From Thermodesulfobacteriota bacterium (lineage in GTDB: Bacteria > Desulfobacterota > Desulfovibrionia > Desulfovibrionales > Desulfohalobiaceae), in contig JBNJGM010000001.1 of the NCBI GenBank assembly GCA_051747685.1, positions 11,888-75,887 on the forward strand: a stretch of 64,000 nucleotides of DNA, written 5' to 3'. Positions 51,534-61,721 of this stretch are shown here, piece after piece. Each line of letters begins with the position of its first letter. Position 1 is the stretch's first letter. Position numbers and translations under genes: made by a program. Under the pieces are notes generated by a model that was given only the letters and a program-made list of their open reading frames with translations, did not search any database and was not told the origin of the DNA.

Positions 51534-52535
51534 ATGTCCGCTTACACTCCCAAAATCCTTGGCCTCGGTCACTACGCCCCTGCTCAGACCCTGACAAACG
51601 CTGACCTTGAACGGATGGTCGACACCTCCGACGAATGGATCACCACCCGCACAGGGATCAAGGAACGCCATATAGCAGCCCAGGACGAAGCCTGTTCTGA
51701 TCTGGCCCTTCCCGCTGCCCGGCACGCCCTTGATCAAGCCGGCGTGTCTCCTGAGCAGCTCACCCATATTTTCGTGGCCACCTTTACCCCGGATGCGTAT
51801 GTGCCAAGCGCAGCATGCGTGCTGCAACATAAACTCGGGGCCCCCCAGGCCATTGCCATGGATTTGGCCGCGGCCTGTTCGGGCTTTCTCTATTCCCTGG
51901 AAACAGCCAGCGCATTTCTGGCCCTCCACCCGGAGGCCAAAATCCTCGTGGTCGGCAGCGAAGTCATCACGTCCCGAACCAATTTCTCCGACCGCTCGAC
52001 CTGTGTCCTTTTTGGCGACGGGGCCGGGGCAGCTGTTTTGGGTGCTCACGGTCCGGCGCTCGCAGACCTCAGTGAGGTCCTTTTAGGTGCCGACGGGAGC
52101 CTGGGTGATCTTTTGGTGGTGCGCGGCGGTGGTTCCGGCTCGCCGGTCAAACTCGGGGACCCTGTGGGCGAATCGTTTTTCGTCCAAATGCAAGGCAACG
52201 AAGTTTTTCGCCACGCGGTGCGCAACATGGCCACCATTACCAACAAGCTTTTGCGCCGCTCCGGATTGACCCCACAGGACATTGACCTCTTCATCCCCCA
52301 CCAGGCGAACATCCGCATCATCGAATCCCTGGCCAAAAAATTGGCCTTTCCCCTGGAAAAGGTCTACGTCAACGTGAATCGCTTCGGCAATTCTTCAGCG
52401 GCTTCAGTACCCCTAGCCTTAAGCGAGGCCTTGGCCAACGGCCATATCGCCCCCGGCTCCACTGTGCTATTGGCTTCCTTTGGCGGCGGATTTACCTGGG
52501 GCGCCGCGCTTCTGCACTTCAGCCAACAGGATTGA
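51534..52535 (+). CDS. fabH: beta-ketoacyl-ACP synthase III
   Basis: DTSDEWITTRTGI, AACSGF, LFGDGAGA, PHQAN and GNSSAAS motifs. Confidence 0.96.
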   Translation: MSAYTPKILGLGHYAPAQTLTNADLERMVDTSDEWITTRTGIKERHIAAQDEACSDLALPAARHALDQAGVSPEQLTHIFVATFTPDAYVPSAACVLQHKLGAPQAIAMDLAAACSGFLYSLETASAFLALHPEAKILVVGSEVITSRTNFSDRSTCVLFGDGAGAAVLGAHGPALADLSEVLLGADGSLGDLLVVRGGGSGSPVKLGDPVGESFFVQMQGNEVFRHAVRNMATITNKLLRRSGLTPQDIDLFIPHQANIRIIESLAKKLAFPLEKVYVNVNRFGNSSAASVPLALSEALANGHIAPGSTVLLASFGGGFTWGAALLHFSQQD

Positions 52536-52723
52536 TTGCAAACGGACACGAGTTGTTTTAGGAGCGGATTGAACGCGAGGTCCTGGCGTGCCCTTTGACA
52601 GAAATACTGCGGCACAATTGCGCTGCTCCTGCCGCTTGGACACGGATTTGATACACCGCCTTTGACCGGATACCACGCGCTCGCCGCGGCAACCACGATG
52701 CGAAAATGCAATGGAGAATACCT

Positions 52724-53470
52724 ATGGATGCTTCTCGTCCCGCAGCGCTTATCACCGGCGGCTCTCGAGGCATTGGCAAGGCCGTTGCCCTCCGACTGGC
52801 CCAAGACGGGTACGAAATCATCTTGACCTATGTCAGCAAGCCCGATGAAGCCCAAGCGGTGTGTGAAACGATTGCCGCACAAGGCGGAACAGCCCGGGCG
52901 TTGCCATTAAACATCGGTGACACCGAGGCAATCGCCGAATTTTTCCAGGAACACATCACTGGAATCGTTGATCTCCATGTCTTAGTCAACAATGCCGGGA
53001 TCACCAAAGACGGTTTGATTGTGCGCATGAAGCCAGCCGATTGGGAACAGGTCCTCCAAGTCAACCTCACCGGTTCCTTCGCCTGCTTGCAACAAGCGGC
53101 CAAACTTATGATGAAACGCCGTAAAGGGCGGATTATCAATATCGCCTCGGTCGTGGCACAGATGGGCAATCCGGGACAAGCCAACTATGTGGCAGCCAAA
53201 TCAGGCCTCATTGGCCTGACGAAGACCGCTGCCCTGGAATTGGCCCCTCGGGGCGTGACCGTAAACGCCGTAGCACCAGGTTTTATTGCCACGGACATGA
53301 CCGATGCCTTATCCGATACGCTCAAAGACCAGTACAAGCAAAAAATCCCGCTCCAGCAATTCGGACGAGCCGAAGATATTGCTGCTGCCGTAGCTTTTCT
53401 GGCCTCAGACGAAGCTGGATATATCACCGGCCAGGTTTTGGGAGTCAACGGGGGAATGCACCTCAATTAA
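52724..53470 (+). CDS. fabG: 3-oxoacyl-ACP reductase
   Basis: TGGSRGIG, NNAGITKD, YVAAK and NAVAPGFI motifs. Confidence 0.95.
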   Translation: MDASRPAALITGGSRGIGKAVALRLAQDGYEIILTYVSKPDEAQAVCETIAAQGGTARALPLNIGDTEAIAEFFQEHITGIVDLHVLVNNAGITKDGLIVRMKPADWEQVLQVNLTGSFACLQQAAKLMMKRRKGRIINIASVVAQMGNPGQANYVAAKSGLIGLTKTAALELAPRGVTVNAVAPGFIATDMTDALSDTLKDQYKQKIPLQQFGRAEDIAAAVAFLASDEAGYITGQVLGVNGGMHLN

Positions 53471-53644
53471 CGGGGCTTTGCACGCCTTGGCCTGCTGCTT
53501 TTCCCCAAAACCCGCATCCAGACCCAAAAAAGCACCACGAGCGCAGCTGAAATGGGTCATTACCGCAGGCCACCATGTTGTCAATTCTTCACAAACGTAC
53601 CCTGCCCGGGTACCGAACCACACAAACACCAGCAGGAGGATCAT

Positions 53645-53875
53645 ATGGCTCATTTTGAAAAACTTCAGGAAATCGTTGCCGAGCAATTGGGCGTTTCAAA
53701 TGAAGAAGTCAAACCTGAAGCCTCTTTTGTCGAAGACCTCGGGGCGGACTCCCTGGATTTGACCGAATTGATCATGGCCATGGAGGATGAATTCGGCATT
53801 GAAATCGACGACGAAGAAGCCCAAAAATTGACCACTGTGCAAGCGGCATTGGACTACATCAACGCCAACAGTTAA
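53645..53875 (+). CDS. acpP: acyl carrier protein
   Basis: DLGADSLD; AGGAGG RBS. Confidence 0.96.
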   Translation: MAHFEKLQEIVAEQLGVSNEEVKPEASFVEDLGADSLDLTELIMAMEDEFGIEIDDEEAQKLTTVQAALDYINANS

Positions 53876-53892
53876 GAGCCCAGAACGTAGCT

Positions 53893-53953
53893 CAGCGCGC
53901 TCGGCCGCAAAGCCCTTACCTCTCGCGGCTGGTTTTTGCGGCCGAGCGCGCTG
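53893..53953. repeat. perfect 19-bp inverted repeat after acpP
   Basis: CAGCGCGCTCGGCCGCAAA-N23-TTTGCGGCCGAGCGCGCTG. Confidence 0.85.
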
Positions 53954-54286
53954 GGGGGAAACGTCCGGCGGGCAACACACGCATATACAGCGGGCGGACA
54001 TCGTTAGAGCGCTGTCCGCCTCGTTCTTCATTCGGCCCTGAATCTGTGAAAAGTACCCACCAAATCCCATTTCAGGATTTGGCACACGGTCTGTACCCTT
54101 TCGTAGCGCATACCAAAGGAATGCCGGTGCCCAGCGCACCGACAACTGTGCCTTTGACACGCGCTCACGCTCTTTTTTCAGGCCGCGCAGGAAATTCTCG
54201 AATCGGATGAGCAGACCAAGGATCATTACTAAGCCTGCTCGGGAAGCACAGCAGAGCCTCTCAGGCAGATGCGCAACGGGGATATT

Positions 54287-55534
54287 ATGAATGTAAACAG
54301 GGTAGTTGTAACCGGCTTGTCGGCGTTATCACCCCTCGGAGCCGATTTGGAAACCACCTGGACGCACCTTTTGGCCGGGCATTCGGGAATTGGACCGATC
54401 ACACAGTTCGACGCTAGCGCGTATGCCACTACTATCGCCGGCGAAGTTTCTGATTTCAATCCTGAAAGGTATATTGAACGTAAACAGGCGCGGCGGATGG
54501 ACCGCTTTACCCAATTCGCCGTAGCGGCCACGCAAATGCTCTTTGAGAACGCCCAGTGGCGGATCCCTGAAGAGGAACAAGCTGACGTCGGCGCTTTGCT
54601 TGGTTGCGGACTCGGGGGGCTCAAAACCATTGAGGAATTCCACACCAAGCTGATGCAATCGGGACCCAAACGGGTTTCCCCGTTTTATATCCCCATCCTG
54701 ATTTCCAATATGGCCCCCGGACAGGTATCCATCACTACCGGGGCCAAGGGGCCGAACCTCGTGACCACCTCGGCCTGCGCTTCCGGACTGCACGGCATCG
54801 GGTACGCCTACACCGATATTCTTCTCGGACGGGCCAAGGCCATGATCTGCGGAGGCGTGGAGTCCACAATCACGCCGATGGGGGTTTCCGGGTTTAACGC
54901 CATGAAGGCGCTCTCAACGCGCAATGATGACCCTACCCGGGCTTCACGCCCCTTTGACCAAGACCGGGACGGCTTTGTTATGGCCGAAGGTTGCGGGCTT
55001 TTACTCTTGGAATCTCTAGAGCACGCCCTGGATCGAGGGGCCCGTATCTATGCCGAGGTCGTCGGTTTCGGGGCTTCTGCTGATGGCTATCACATGACTG
55101 CGCCCAAAGAAGATGGCGAGGGGATGGCTCGATGCATGCGGGCGGCTCTTAAAGAGGCTGGTGTTCGCCCCGAAGAAATCGACCACATCAATGCCCACGG
55201 CACCTCCACTTCGCTCAATGACCTTTGCGAAACTCGGGCCATTAAAACAGTTTTTGAAGATCGCGCCCATTCTATTCCGATTACGGCCAATAAATCCATG
55301 TTCGGCCATTTGCTCGGCGCCGCTGGCGGCATTGAAAGCGTTGTGTCGGTTAAAAGCATTGACGAGGGCGTTATTCCCGGGACCATCAACTTGGACAATC
55401 CGGAACCCGAATGCGACCTGGACTATGTAACCGATGGCACCCGGCACCAACCCCTGCAATATACATTGTGCAATTCCTTCGGTTTCGGCGGCACAAACGC
55501 CACCATGCTTTTTAAGCAGTACGACGGCAAATAA
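54287..55534 (+). CDS. fabF: beta-ketoacyl-ACP synthase II
   Basis: [31 protein letters not shown] and NSFGFGGTN motifs. Confidence 0.96.
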   Translation: MNVNRVVVTGLSALSPLGADLETTWTHLLAGHSGIGPITQFDASAYATTIAGEVSDFNPERYIERKQARRMDRFTQFAVAATQMLFENAQWRIPEEEQADVGALLGCGLGGLKTIEEFHTKLMQSGPKRVSPFYIPILISNMAPGQVSITTGAKGPNLVTTSACASGLHGIGYAYTDILLGRAKAMICGGVESTITPMGVSGFNAMKALSTRNDDPTRASRPFDQDRDGFVMAEGCGLLLLESLEHALDRGARIYAEVVGFGASADGYHMTAPKEDGEGMARCMRAALKEAGVRPEEIDHINAHGTSTSLNDLCETRAIKTVFEDRAHSIPITANKSMFGHLLGAAGGIESVVSVKSIDEGVIPGTINLDNPEPECDLDYVTDGTRHQPLQYTLCNSFGFGGTNATMLFKQYDGK

Positions 55535-55544
55535 GGACACCGCT

Positions 55545-56807
55545 ATGCAATATCTGTCCCACTCCGATCCAGATATGGCCAAGGCCATCGAACTCGAACA
55601 CGAACGCCAACTCAATAAAATCGAACTTATCGCTTCGGAAAATTTCACTTCCTCCGCCGTCCGCGAAGCCACCGGGTCGGTCATGACCCACAAATACGCC
55701 GAAGGCTATCCTGGGAAGCGGTATTACGGGGGCTGCGAATTCGTGGATATGGCAGAAAATTTGGCTCGGGAACGCGCCTGCCAGCTTTTTGGTGCCGAAT
55801 ACGCCAATGTCCAGCCCCACTCCGGGTCCCAGGCGAATATGGCTGTCTATTTCGGGGCCTTGAAACCCGGGGACACCATAATGGGGATGGATCTTTCCCA
55901 CGGTGGCCATTTGACCCATGGTGCTCCGGTCAGCTTTTCCGGAAAATTTTTCCAAACCGCCTTTTACGGGGTGGACCAAGCCACGGGCATGATTGATTAC
56001 GACCATGTGGCCGAACAAGCGAAAAAACATCGCCCCCAGCTGATTATTGCCGGAGCGAGCGCCTATCCCCGGGAAATCGATTTCGCCCGCTTTCGGGCTA
56101 TTGCCGACGAGGTAGGGGCCAAACTCATGGTCGACATGGCCCACATCGCGGGACTTGTGGCCGCTGGCTTGCATGCCTCACCCATTGGGCAGGCCCATTT
56201 CACCACTTCCACGACCCACAAAACCCTGCGGGGGCCACGTGGCGGTCTGATTCTCAGCGGCGACGAGTTCGGCAAGACCCTAAATGCCCAAATATTCCCC
56301 GGCATCCAAGGTGGTCCCCTGATGCATGTTATCGCTGCCAAGGGAGTCGCCTTTGGAGAGGCATTGCAACCGAGTTTCCGCGCCTATCAGGAACAGGTCG
56401 TGGCCAACGCCCGAGCTCTGGGGCAGGCCTTGAGCGAATCCGGATTCGACCTTGTTTCCGGCGGGACGGACAACCATTTGCTGCTCGTCGATCTGACAAA
56501 AAACAATATCACCGGCAAAGACGCCGAGCTGGCCCTGGACAAGGCTGGAATCACCGCCAACAAAAACACCGTTCCCTTTGAGACACGTTCACCGTTTGTC
56601 ACTTCAGGCATCCGCCTCGGTACCCCCGCTGTGACTACCCGGGGCATGACCGCCGCGCACATGCATCAGATCGCCGGCTGGATAGAGGCCGCCTTGGCAA
56701 ATATGGAGGATGAAACACGACTCCACGCCATCAGCCAAGAAATCAGCGAATTCGCCCGGGAATTTCCGCTGTTTGTTTCCCAGCCCGGAGCGGATCTGAG
56801 CTCATGA
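55545..56807 (+). CDS. glyA: serine hydroxymethyltransferase
   Basis: [19 protein letters not shown] and [12 protein letters not shown] motifs. Confidence 0.97.
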   Translation: MQYLSHSDPDMAKAIELEHERQLNKIELIASENFTSSAVREATGSVMTHKYAEGYPGKRYYGGCEFVDMAENLARERACQLFGAEYANVQPHSGSQANMAVYFGALKPGDTIMGMDLSHGGHLTHGAPVSFSGKFFQTAFYGVDQATGMIDYDHVAEQAKKHRPQLIIAGASAYPREIDFARFRAIADEVGAKLMVDMAHIAGLVAAGLHASPIGQAHFTTSTTHKTLRGPRGGLILSGDEFGKTLNAQIFPGIQGGPLMHVIAAKGVAFGEALQPSFRAYQEQVVANARALGQALSESGFDLVSGGTDNHLLLVDLTKNNITGKDAELALDKAGITANKNTVPFETRSPFVTSGIRLGTPAVTTRGMTAAHMHQIAGWIEAALANMEDETRLHAISQEISEFAREFPLFVSQPGADLSS

Positions 56808-57265
56808 GTCACAGGCTCCCCTGGCCCGATTATTTCATGCGCATCGCCCACCTCGTGGCCGAGCGCTCCACCTGCCTGAGACGCCGAGTGGGGGCCGTGG
56901 CCGTCAAAGACAACCGTATCCTGGCCACCGGTTACAACGGCGCCCCAACAGGGCTGGCCCATTGTCTGGATATCGGGTGCTTACGGGAAAAAATGGGTAT
57001 CCCTTCCGGAGAGCGTCACGAACTTTGTCGCGGCCTGCACGCAGAGCAAAACGTGATTATTCAGGCGGCAGTTCACGGCATCCCGCTCAAAAACGCCGAG
57101 ATCTTTTGCACCACTCAACCCTGTTTGATCTGTACCAAAATGCTTATCAATTCCAGCATAACAGCCATCTATTTCGCCGACGGCTATCCCGATGCCCTGG
57201 CCCGCGAGATGCTGGAAGAAGCCGGGGTCGTTTATGAACGATTTGCACCTGCCGCAGGAGTTTAA
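56804..57265 (+). CDS. dCMP deaminase-family (ComEB-like) zinc deaminase
   Basis: RSTC, TGYNG, HAEQN and PCLIC motifs. Confidence 0.92.
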   Translation: MSHRLPWPDYFMRIAHLVAERSTCLRRRVGAVAVKDNRILATGYNGAPTGLAHCLDIGCLREKMGIPSGERHELCRGLHAEQNVIIQAAVHGIPLKNAEIFCTTQPCLICTKMLINSSITAIYFADGYPDALAREMLEEAGVVYERFAPAAGV

Positions 57266-58385
57266 AGATGCTTTGATGCGGCGTGCAGCGGAACTGGCCA
57301 GCTACGGATTTGGCCGCACCGCTCCCAACCCTTGTGTCGGGGCTGTTTTGACCCATAACGGGACCATTGTGGCTGAAGGATACCACAAACGTTACGGCGG
57401 TGCCCATGCCGAGGTCGAAGCCATCGAGCAGGGCCGAGCTTCTGGTCTGCCTTTGGCCCATTGCACCTTATGGGTCACGTTGGAGCCCTGCAACCATCAG
57501 GGAAAAACCCCCCCGTGTACTCGGGCCATCCTTGAAGCCGGAATCGGTGCCGTCGGCATTGGAACCCTGGACCCCAATCCAGATGTCCAGGGCGGCGGTG
57601 CAGCGTTTTTGCGCGCCCAAGGGGTGGCGGTACAAGAGGGTATTTTGGAATCCGTCTGCCGTGATCTCCTCGCGGATTTTCACATTTGGCAATCAGAGAA
57701 ACGCCCGTTTGTCCTGCTTAAGCTCGCAGCCACCTTGGATGGGAAAATCGCCGCACGAAACGGCCACTCGGCTTGGGTCAGCGGTGTTCAGGCCCGGCAA
57801 GAGGTCCATTGGCTGCGCAGCAGAGCCGACGCTGTACTCATCGGCGGCGGGACCTTGCGGGCGGACAATCCCCGTTTGACCTGCCGCCTGGACGCAAACG
57901 CGTCCCAACCCCTGGCTCTGGTGGTCACCACCCAGCTGCCTCACCCCGACGCGCCCTTGCACCTCCTGCGCCACCGGCCCCGGCAAACACTATTTTGGAC
58001 CACGCCTGAACAGGCCCAGAGCACCCACGCCGAGGGTCTTCAGGCGCTTGGTTGCCAAGTCTGGGAATTGCCCCGCACAACAGCTGGCACATTGGATCTC
58101 CAGGCCGGATTGTCACGTTTGTATGACCACGGCGGCTATACCGTGCTCTGTGAAGGTGGCGGGCATCTCGCCCTGCGGTTAGCAGAGCAAACACGCGTGG
58201 ACCGCTTACGCCTGTATCTGGCGCCGAAAATCCTCGGGGATGCCGCCGGTATCAATCTTTTCACCGGACGCACGGTGACGGATATGGACCACGCCCTTAC
58301 CTGGCGGTATACCAACAAACGCTACGCTGGCGAGGATCTGTGTGTGGAACTCAGCCCTCAGCCTGGAAAACCGACAGAGAACTAG
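57234..58385 (+). CDS. ribD: riboflavin biosynthesis deaminase/reductase RibD
   Basis: PNPCVG, HAE, TLEPCNH..TPPC, LDGKIA and EGG motifs. Confidence 0.95.
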   Translation: MNDLHLPQEFKDALMRRAAELASYGFGRTAPNPCVGAVLTHNGTIVAEGYHKRYGGAHAEVEAIEQGRASGLPLAHCTLWVTLEPCNHQGKTPPCTRAILEAGIGAVGIGTLDPNPDVQGGGAAFLRAQGVAVQEGILESVCRDLLADFHIWQSEKRPFVLLKLAATLDGKIAARNGHSAWVSGVQARQEVHWLRSRADAVLIGGGTLRADNPRLTCRLDANASQPLALVVTTQLPHPDAPLHLLRHRPRQTLFWTTPEQAQSTHAEGLQALGCQVWELPRTTAGTLDLQAGLSRLYDHGGYTVLCEGGGHLALRLAEQTRVDRLRLYLAPKILGDAAGINLFTGRTVTDMDHALTWRYTNKRYAGEDLCVELSPQPGKPTEN

Positions 58386-58498
58386 ACTTGAAAGCCTGTC
58401 AGCCGTTTATCCTCCCAGAGGAGGCCGCCCGAGCCCACACGACAACGGGCATGGCAACGGCCGGCCCTGCCGCCGGAAACACGTGAGGAAAATCGTTT

Positions 58499-59161
58499 AT
58501 GTTCACCGGCCTTATCCTCGGACGCGGTACGCTTGCCGCTACAGATAAAAAGGGCGACGAAAGCCGACTGCGCATTCGCCCTGATTTCTCGCTATCCGAC
58601 TACCAATACGGCGAAAGTATTGCCGTTAACGGGGTTTGCCTGACGGTGGAAGCCTTCGGTCGAGACTGGTTTACCGTTTATGCCTCGGGCGAGACGCTAC
58701 GACGCTCCAACTTGGGCGATCTGCGCTCTGGGGACAAGGTCAATCTGGAACGGGCCTTGGCCGTAGGCCAACGCTTAGGAGGGCATTTTGTCAGCGGCCA
58801 TGTCGACTGCCTCGCCCGTGTCGACACTATCGCTACTGCGGGTCAATCCACTGAATACACTATACGTTTCCCGCAGCAATGGGGACGTTATGTCGTGGAA
58901 AAAGGGTCCATTTGCCTTGATGGAATCAGCCTCACCGTCAACACATGTACAGCACAGACGCTTACGGTGAACATCATCCCTACCACGCAGCAGGAAACCA
59001 CCGTCGCCTCCTGGCGTCGGGGCTCGGTCGTGAATATGGAAGTAGATATTATCGGCAAATACGTCCAAAAGATGCTCGCTCCCTGGAATGGCCAGGCACC
59101 CCAGGAGAACACCCCTTCCGATGGCCTGAGCTATGATTTTTTACGGGAACACGGATTTTAA
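58499..59161 (+). CDS. ribE: riboflavin synthase
   Basis: MFTG, SIAVNGVCLTV, VNLER and GGHFVSGHVD motifs. Confidence 0.95.
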   Translation: MFTGLILGRGTLAATDKKGDESRLRIRPDFSLSDYQYGESIAVNGVCLTVEAFGRDWFTVYASGETLRRSNLGDLRSGDKVNLERALAVGQRLGGHFVSGHVDCLARVDTIATAGQSTEYTIRFPQQWGRYVVEKGSICLDGISLTVNTCTAQTLTVNIIPTTQQETTVASWRRGSVVNMEVDIIGKYVQKMLAPWNGQAPQENTPSDGLSYDFLREHGF

Positions 59162-59281
59162 AAATCTCCTCCCGGCCACAACCGCCAGCGTTTGCACGAA
59201 ACTACGTACTTCGGCCCTCGAAACACGCCGTACAACACCTATCAACCCCAGGGCGACACACGCCCGAATGCAGAGGATGCC

Positions 59282-60499
59282 ATGCCTGTTTGCACTCCAG
59301 AGGAAGCCATTGAAGAAATCCGTCAGGGCCGCATGCTCATCCTTGTCGATGACGAGGACCGTGAAAATGAAGGCGACCTGACCATTGCCGCTGAACACGT
59401 CACCCCTGAGGTCGTCAACTTCATGGCCACCCACGGCCGGGGACTGATTTGTCTTGCTTTAGCACCCGAATGGGTCCAGCGTCTGGATTTGGCCATGCAG
59501 CCCCGGCGCAATGAATCCAAGTTCGGAACCGCTTTCACCGTTTCCATTGAAGCCGCTCAAGGTGTCACAACCGGTATTTCCGCTGCCGACCGGGCCACGA
59601 CCATCCAAACCGCGGTCAAAAGCGATGTCACTCCCGAAGATATTAGCACGCCGGGGCATATGTTTCCGTTGCGCGCTCGCAACGGCGGCGTTCTCGTCCG
59701 TGCCGGGCAAACCGAGGGCAGCGTGGACCTGAGTAAATTAGCCGGGTGCAAACCAGCCTCGGTTATCTGCGAGATTATGCGCGAAGACGGGACAATGGCC
59801 CGCATGCCCGATCTGGAAATCTTCGCCGAACAACACGGACTCAAGATTGCTACCATTGAAAGCCTGATCCGGTACCGCTCTAAATTCGACTCCTTAGTCA
59901 CTGCCGTGGGCGAGGCCAGTCTGCCAACAAAATTCGGGCACTTTCGGGCCGTGGCCTATGAAAGTGAAATCGAAGACCACACCCACCTGGCACTGGTCAA
60001 AGGGGAGATCCATGAAGAGGAACCGATTTTGGTCCGAGTCCACAGCCAATGCCTGACCGGGGATATTTTCGGCAGTCTTCGCTGCGACTGCGGCAATCAG
60101 CTCCAAAACGCCATGCGCATGATCGAAGAGGAAGGCAAAGGGATTTTACTCTATATGCGCCAGGAAGGACGCGGTATCGGTCTGGGAAATAAAATCCGGG
60201 CCTACCACCTGCAGGATCAAGGAAAAGACACCGTGGAGGCCAACCTGGCCCTCGGTTTTGAACCCGACCTTCGAGACTACGGCATCGGGGCACAAATCCT
60301 TGTTGACCTCGGCGTCCGAAAAATGCGTTTACTGACCAACAACCCCAAAAAAGTCGTTGGACTGGAAGGCTATGGCCTGGAAATCACCGACAGGGTCGGC
60401 CTGGAAACAACCCCCTGTGAGGAAAATCTCTGCTATTTGCGCACTAAGCAGGAAAAAATGGGCCATATGTTCAGCGAGACCTACGGCTCAGAGAGCTAA
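59282..60499 (+). CDS. ribBA: bifunctional DHBP synthase / GTP cyclohydrolase II
   Basis: [27 protein letters not shown] and QEGRGIGL motifs. Confidence 0.96.
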   Translation: MPVCTPEEAIEEIRQGRMLILVDDEDRENEGDLTIAAEHVTPEVVNFMATHGRGLICLALAPEWVQRLDLAMQPRRNESKFGTAFTVSIEAAQGVTTGISAADRATTIQTAVKSDVTPEDISTPGHMFPLRARNGGVLVRAGQTEGSVDLSKLAGCKPASVICEIMREDGTMARMPDLEIFAEQHGLKIATIESLIRYRSKFDSLVTAVGEASLPTKFGHFRAVAYESEIEDHTHLALVKGEIHEEEPILVRVHSQCLTGDIFGSLRCDCGNQLQNAMRMIEEEGKGILLYMRQEGRGIGLGNKIRAYHLQDQGKDTVEANLALGFEPDLRDYGIGAQILVDLGVRKMRLLTNNPKKVVGLEGYGLEITDRVGLETTPCEENLCYLRTKQEKMGHMFSETYGSES

Positions 60500-60643
60500 A
60501 CCATAGCCAGAGCTCGGCCGGGGCTCCCCGCGAGATTCTTGCCGCCGCCATAGCCCTTGCTCGCGCCGATTGTCGACAAGGCAGTTCTTCCCGGCGCTCA
60601 AGCCAGGAATGGCACGCTACTTAACCCTGCAGGAGACTACACC

Positions 60644-61114
60644 ATGCAACAGATTCACACTATCGAAGGCCAACTCACGGGCCAAGGATTGCGCTTCGCC
60701 CTTGTGGCCACCCGATTTAACGACTTTATCGTCGATAGGCTCATTTCCGGAGCCGTGGACTATCTTGTACGCCACGGGGTGGATCGCGCCGATGTAACGC
60801 TCATACGCATCCCAGGGGCCTTTGAAATGCCCCTCGTAGCCAAACGTTTGGCCGCTTCCCAAAAATATGACGGCCTCATTTGCCTGGGCGCTATCATCCG
60901 GGGAGCAACTCCCCATTTCGATTTCGTGGCCGCGGAGGCGAGTAAGGGGTTAGCCCAAGTCGCCCTGGATGCGGAAATTCCCGTGGGCTTTGGTATCCTG
61001 ACCACCGACTCCCTGGAACAGGCTATAGAACGCGCCGGCAGCAAAGCCGGGAATAAAGGCGTGGAAGCGGCCCAGGCAACCCTTGAAACAGCTCAAGTTA
61101 TGAGCCAGTTGTAG
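60644..61114 (+). CDS. ribH: 6,7-dimethyl-8-ribityllumazine synthase
   Basis: [16 protein letters not shown] and [11 protein letters not shown] motifs. Confidence 0.96.
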   Translation: MQQIHTIEGQLTGQGLRFALVATRFNDFIVDRLISGAVDYLVRHGVDRADVTLIRIPGAFEMPLVAKRLAASQKYDGLICLGAIIRGATPHFDFVAAEASKGLAQVALDAEIPVGFGILTTDSLEQAIERAGSKAGNKGVEAAQATLETAQVMSQL

Positions 61115-61121
61115 GACGGCT

Positions 61122-61565
61122 ATGGCCAAAACAAACAAATCCGCACGGCGCCTCGGACGGCAAACCGCTTTTCAGGTGCTGTATTCACTGAACTTCCAAG
61201 ACACCGGCGGCAATGGGCGGGCCCTTTTGCAGCGCACCTTCACCTATTTGATCGAACAAGAAGAGGTCGGGGAGGCCGCGGCTGATTTTGCCTGGGAACT
61301 TGTGCAGGGGGTATGGGAACATCGCGACGCCCTGGACGAACTCATCAGTCGCCATTCACAGCATTGGCGGGTCGGGAGAATCGCCAAAATCGAGCTCTCC
61401 ATTTTGCGCCTGGCCTTATTCGAAATGTATTTCCGTGAAGATATCCCGCCCAAAGTGGCCATCAATGAGGGTGTCGAACTGGCCAAAGAATTCGGCGACG
61501 ATCAATCCCGCGGCTTTGTCAACGGAATCCTGGACGCGGCCGCCAAACGATGCCAACGAGCATGA
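61122..61565 (+). CDS. nusB: transcription antitermination factor NusB
   Basis: ILRLALFE, VAINEGVELAK and FVNGILD motifs. Confidence 0.95.
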   Translation: MAKTNKSARRLGRQTAFQVLYSLNFQDTGGNGRALLQRTFTYLIEQEEVGEAAADFAWELVQGVWEHRDALDELISRHSQHWRVGRIAKIELSILRLALFEMYFREDIPPKVAINEGVELAKEFGDDQSRGFVNGILDAAAKRCQRA

Positions 61566-61721
61566 GAAGGTGCTACCGGGAAGCATTCAGTGGCTTTTCA
61601 TCCCTTAGCGCTCCCCCCTTCCCGCACTTGAAAAGCACGCAGTATAGACACGCCCGCCTGTGCTCCACAGGCGGCTGCAGACGCTTAGAACACTCAAACC
61701 GCACAAAGGACGGGACGCCTC

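Noticed and set aside
53578-53594. TTGTCAA-TTC-TTCACAA palindrome upstream of acpP
   Set aside because: The spacing is one base too short for Rex or HcpR/Crp sites.
54250-54268. CCTCTCAGG upstream of fabF-glyA (glycine riboswitch tail)
   Set aside because: No upstream aptamer core is recognisable.
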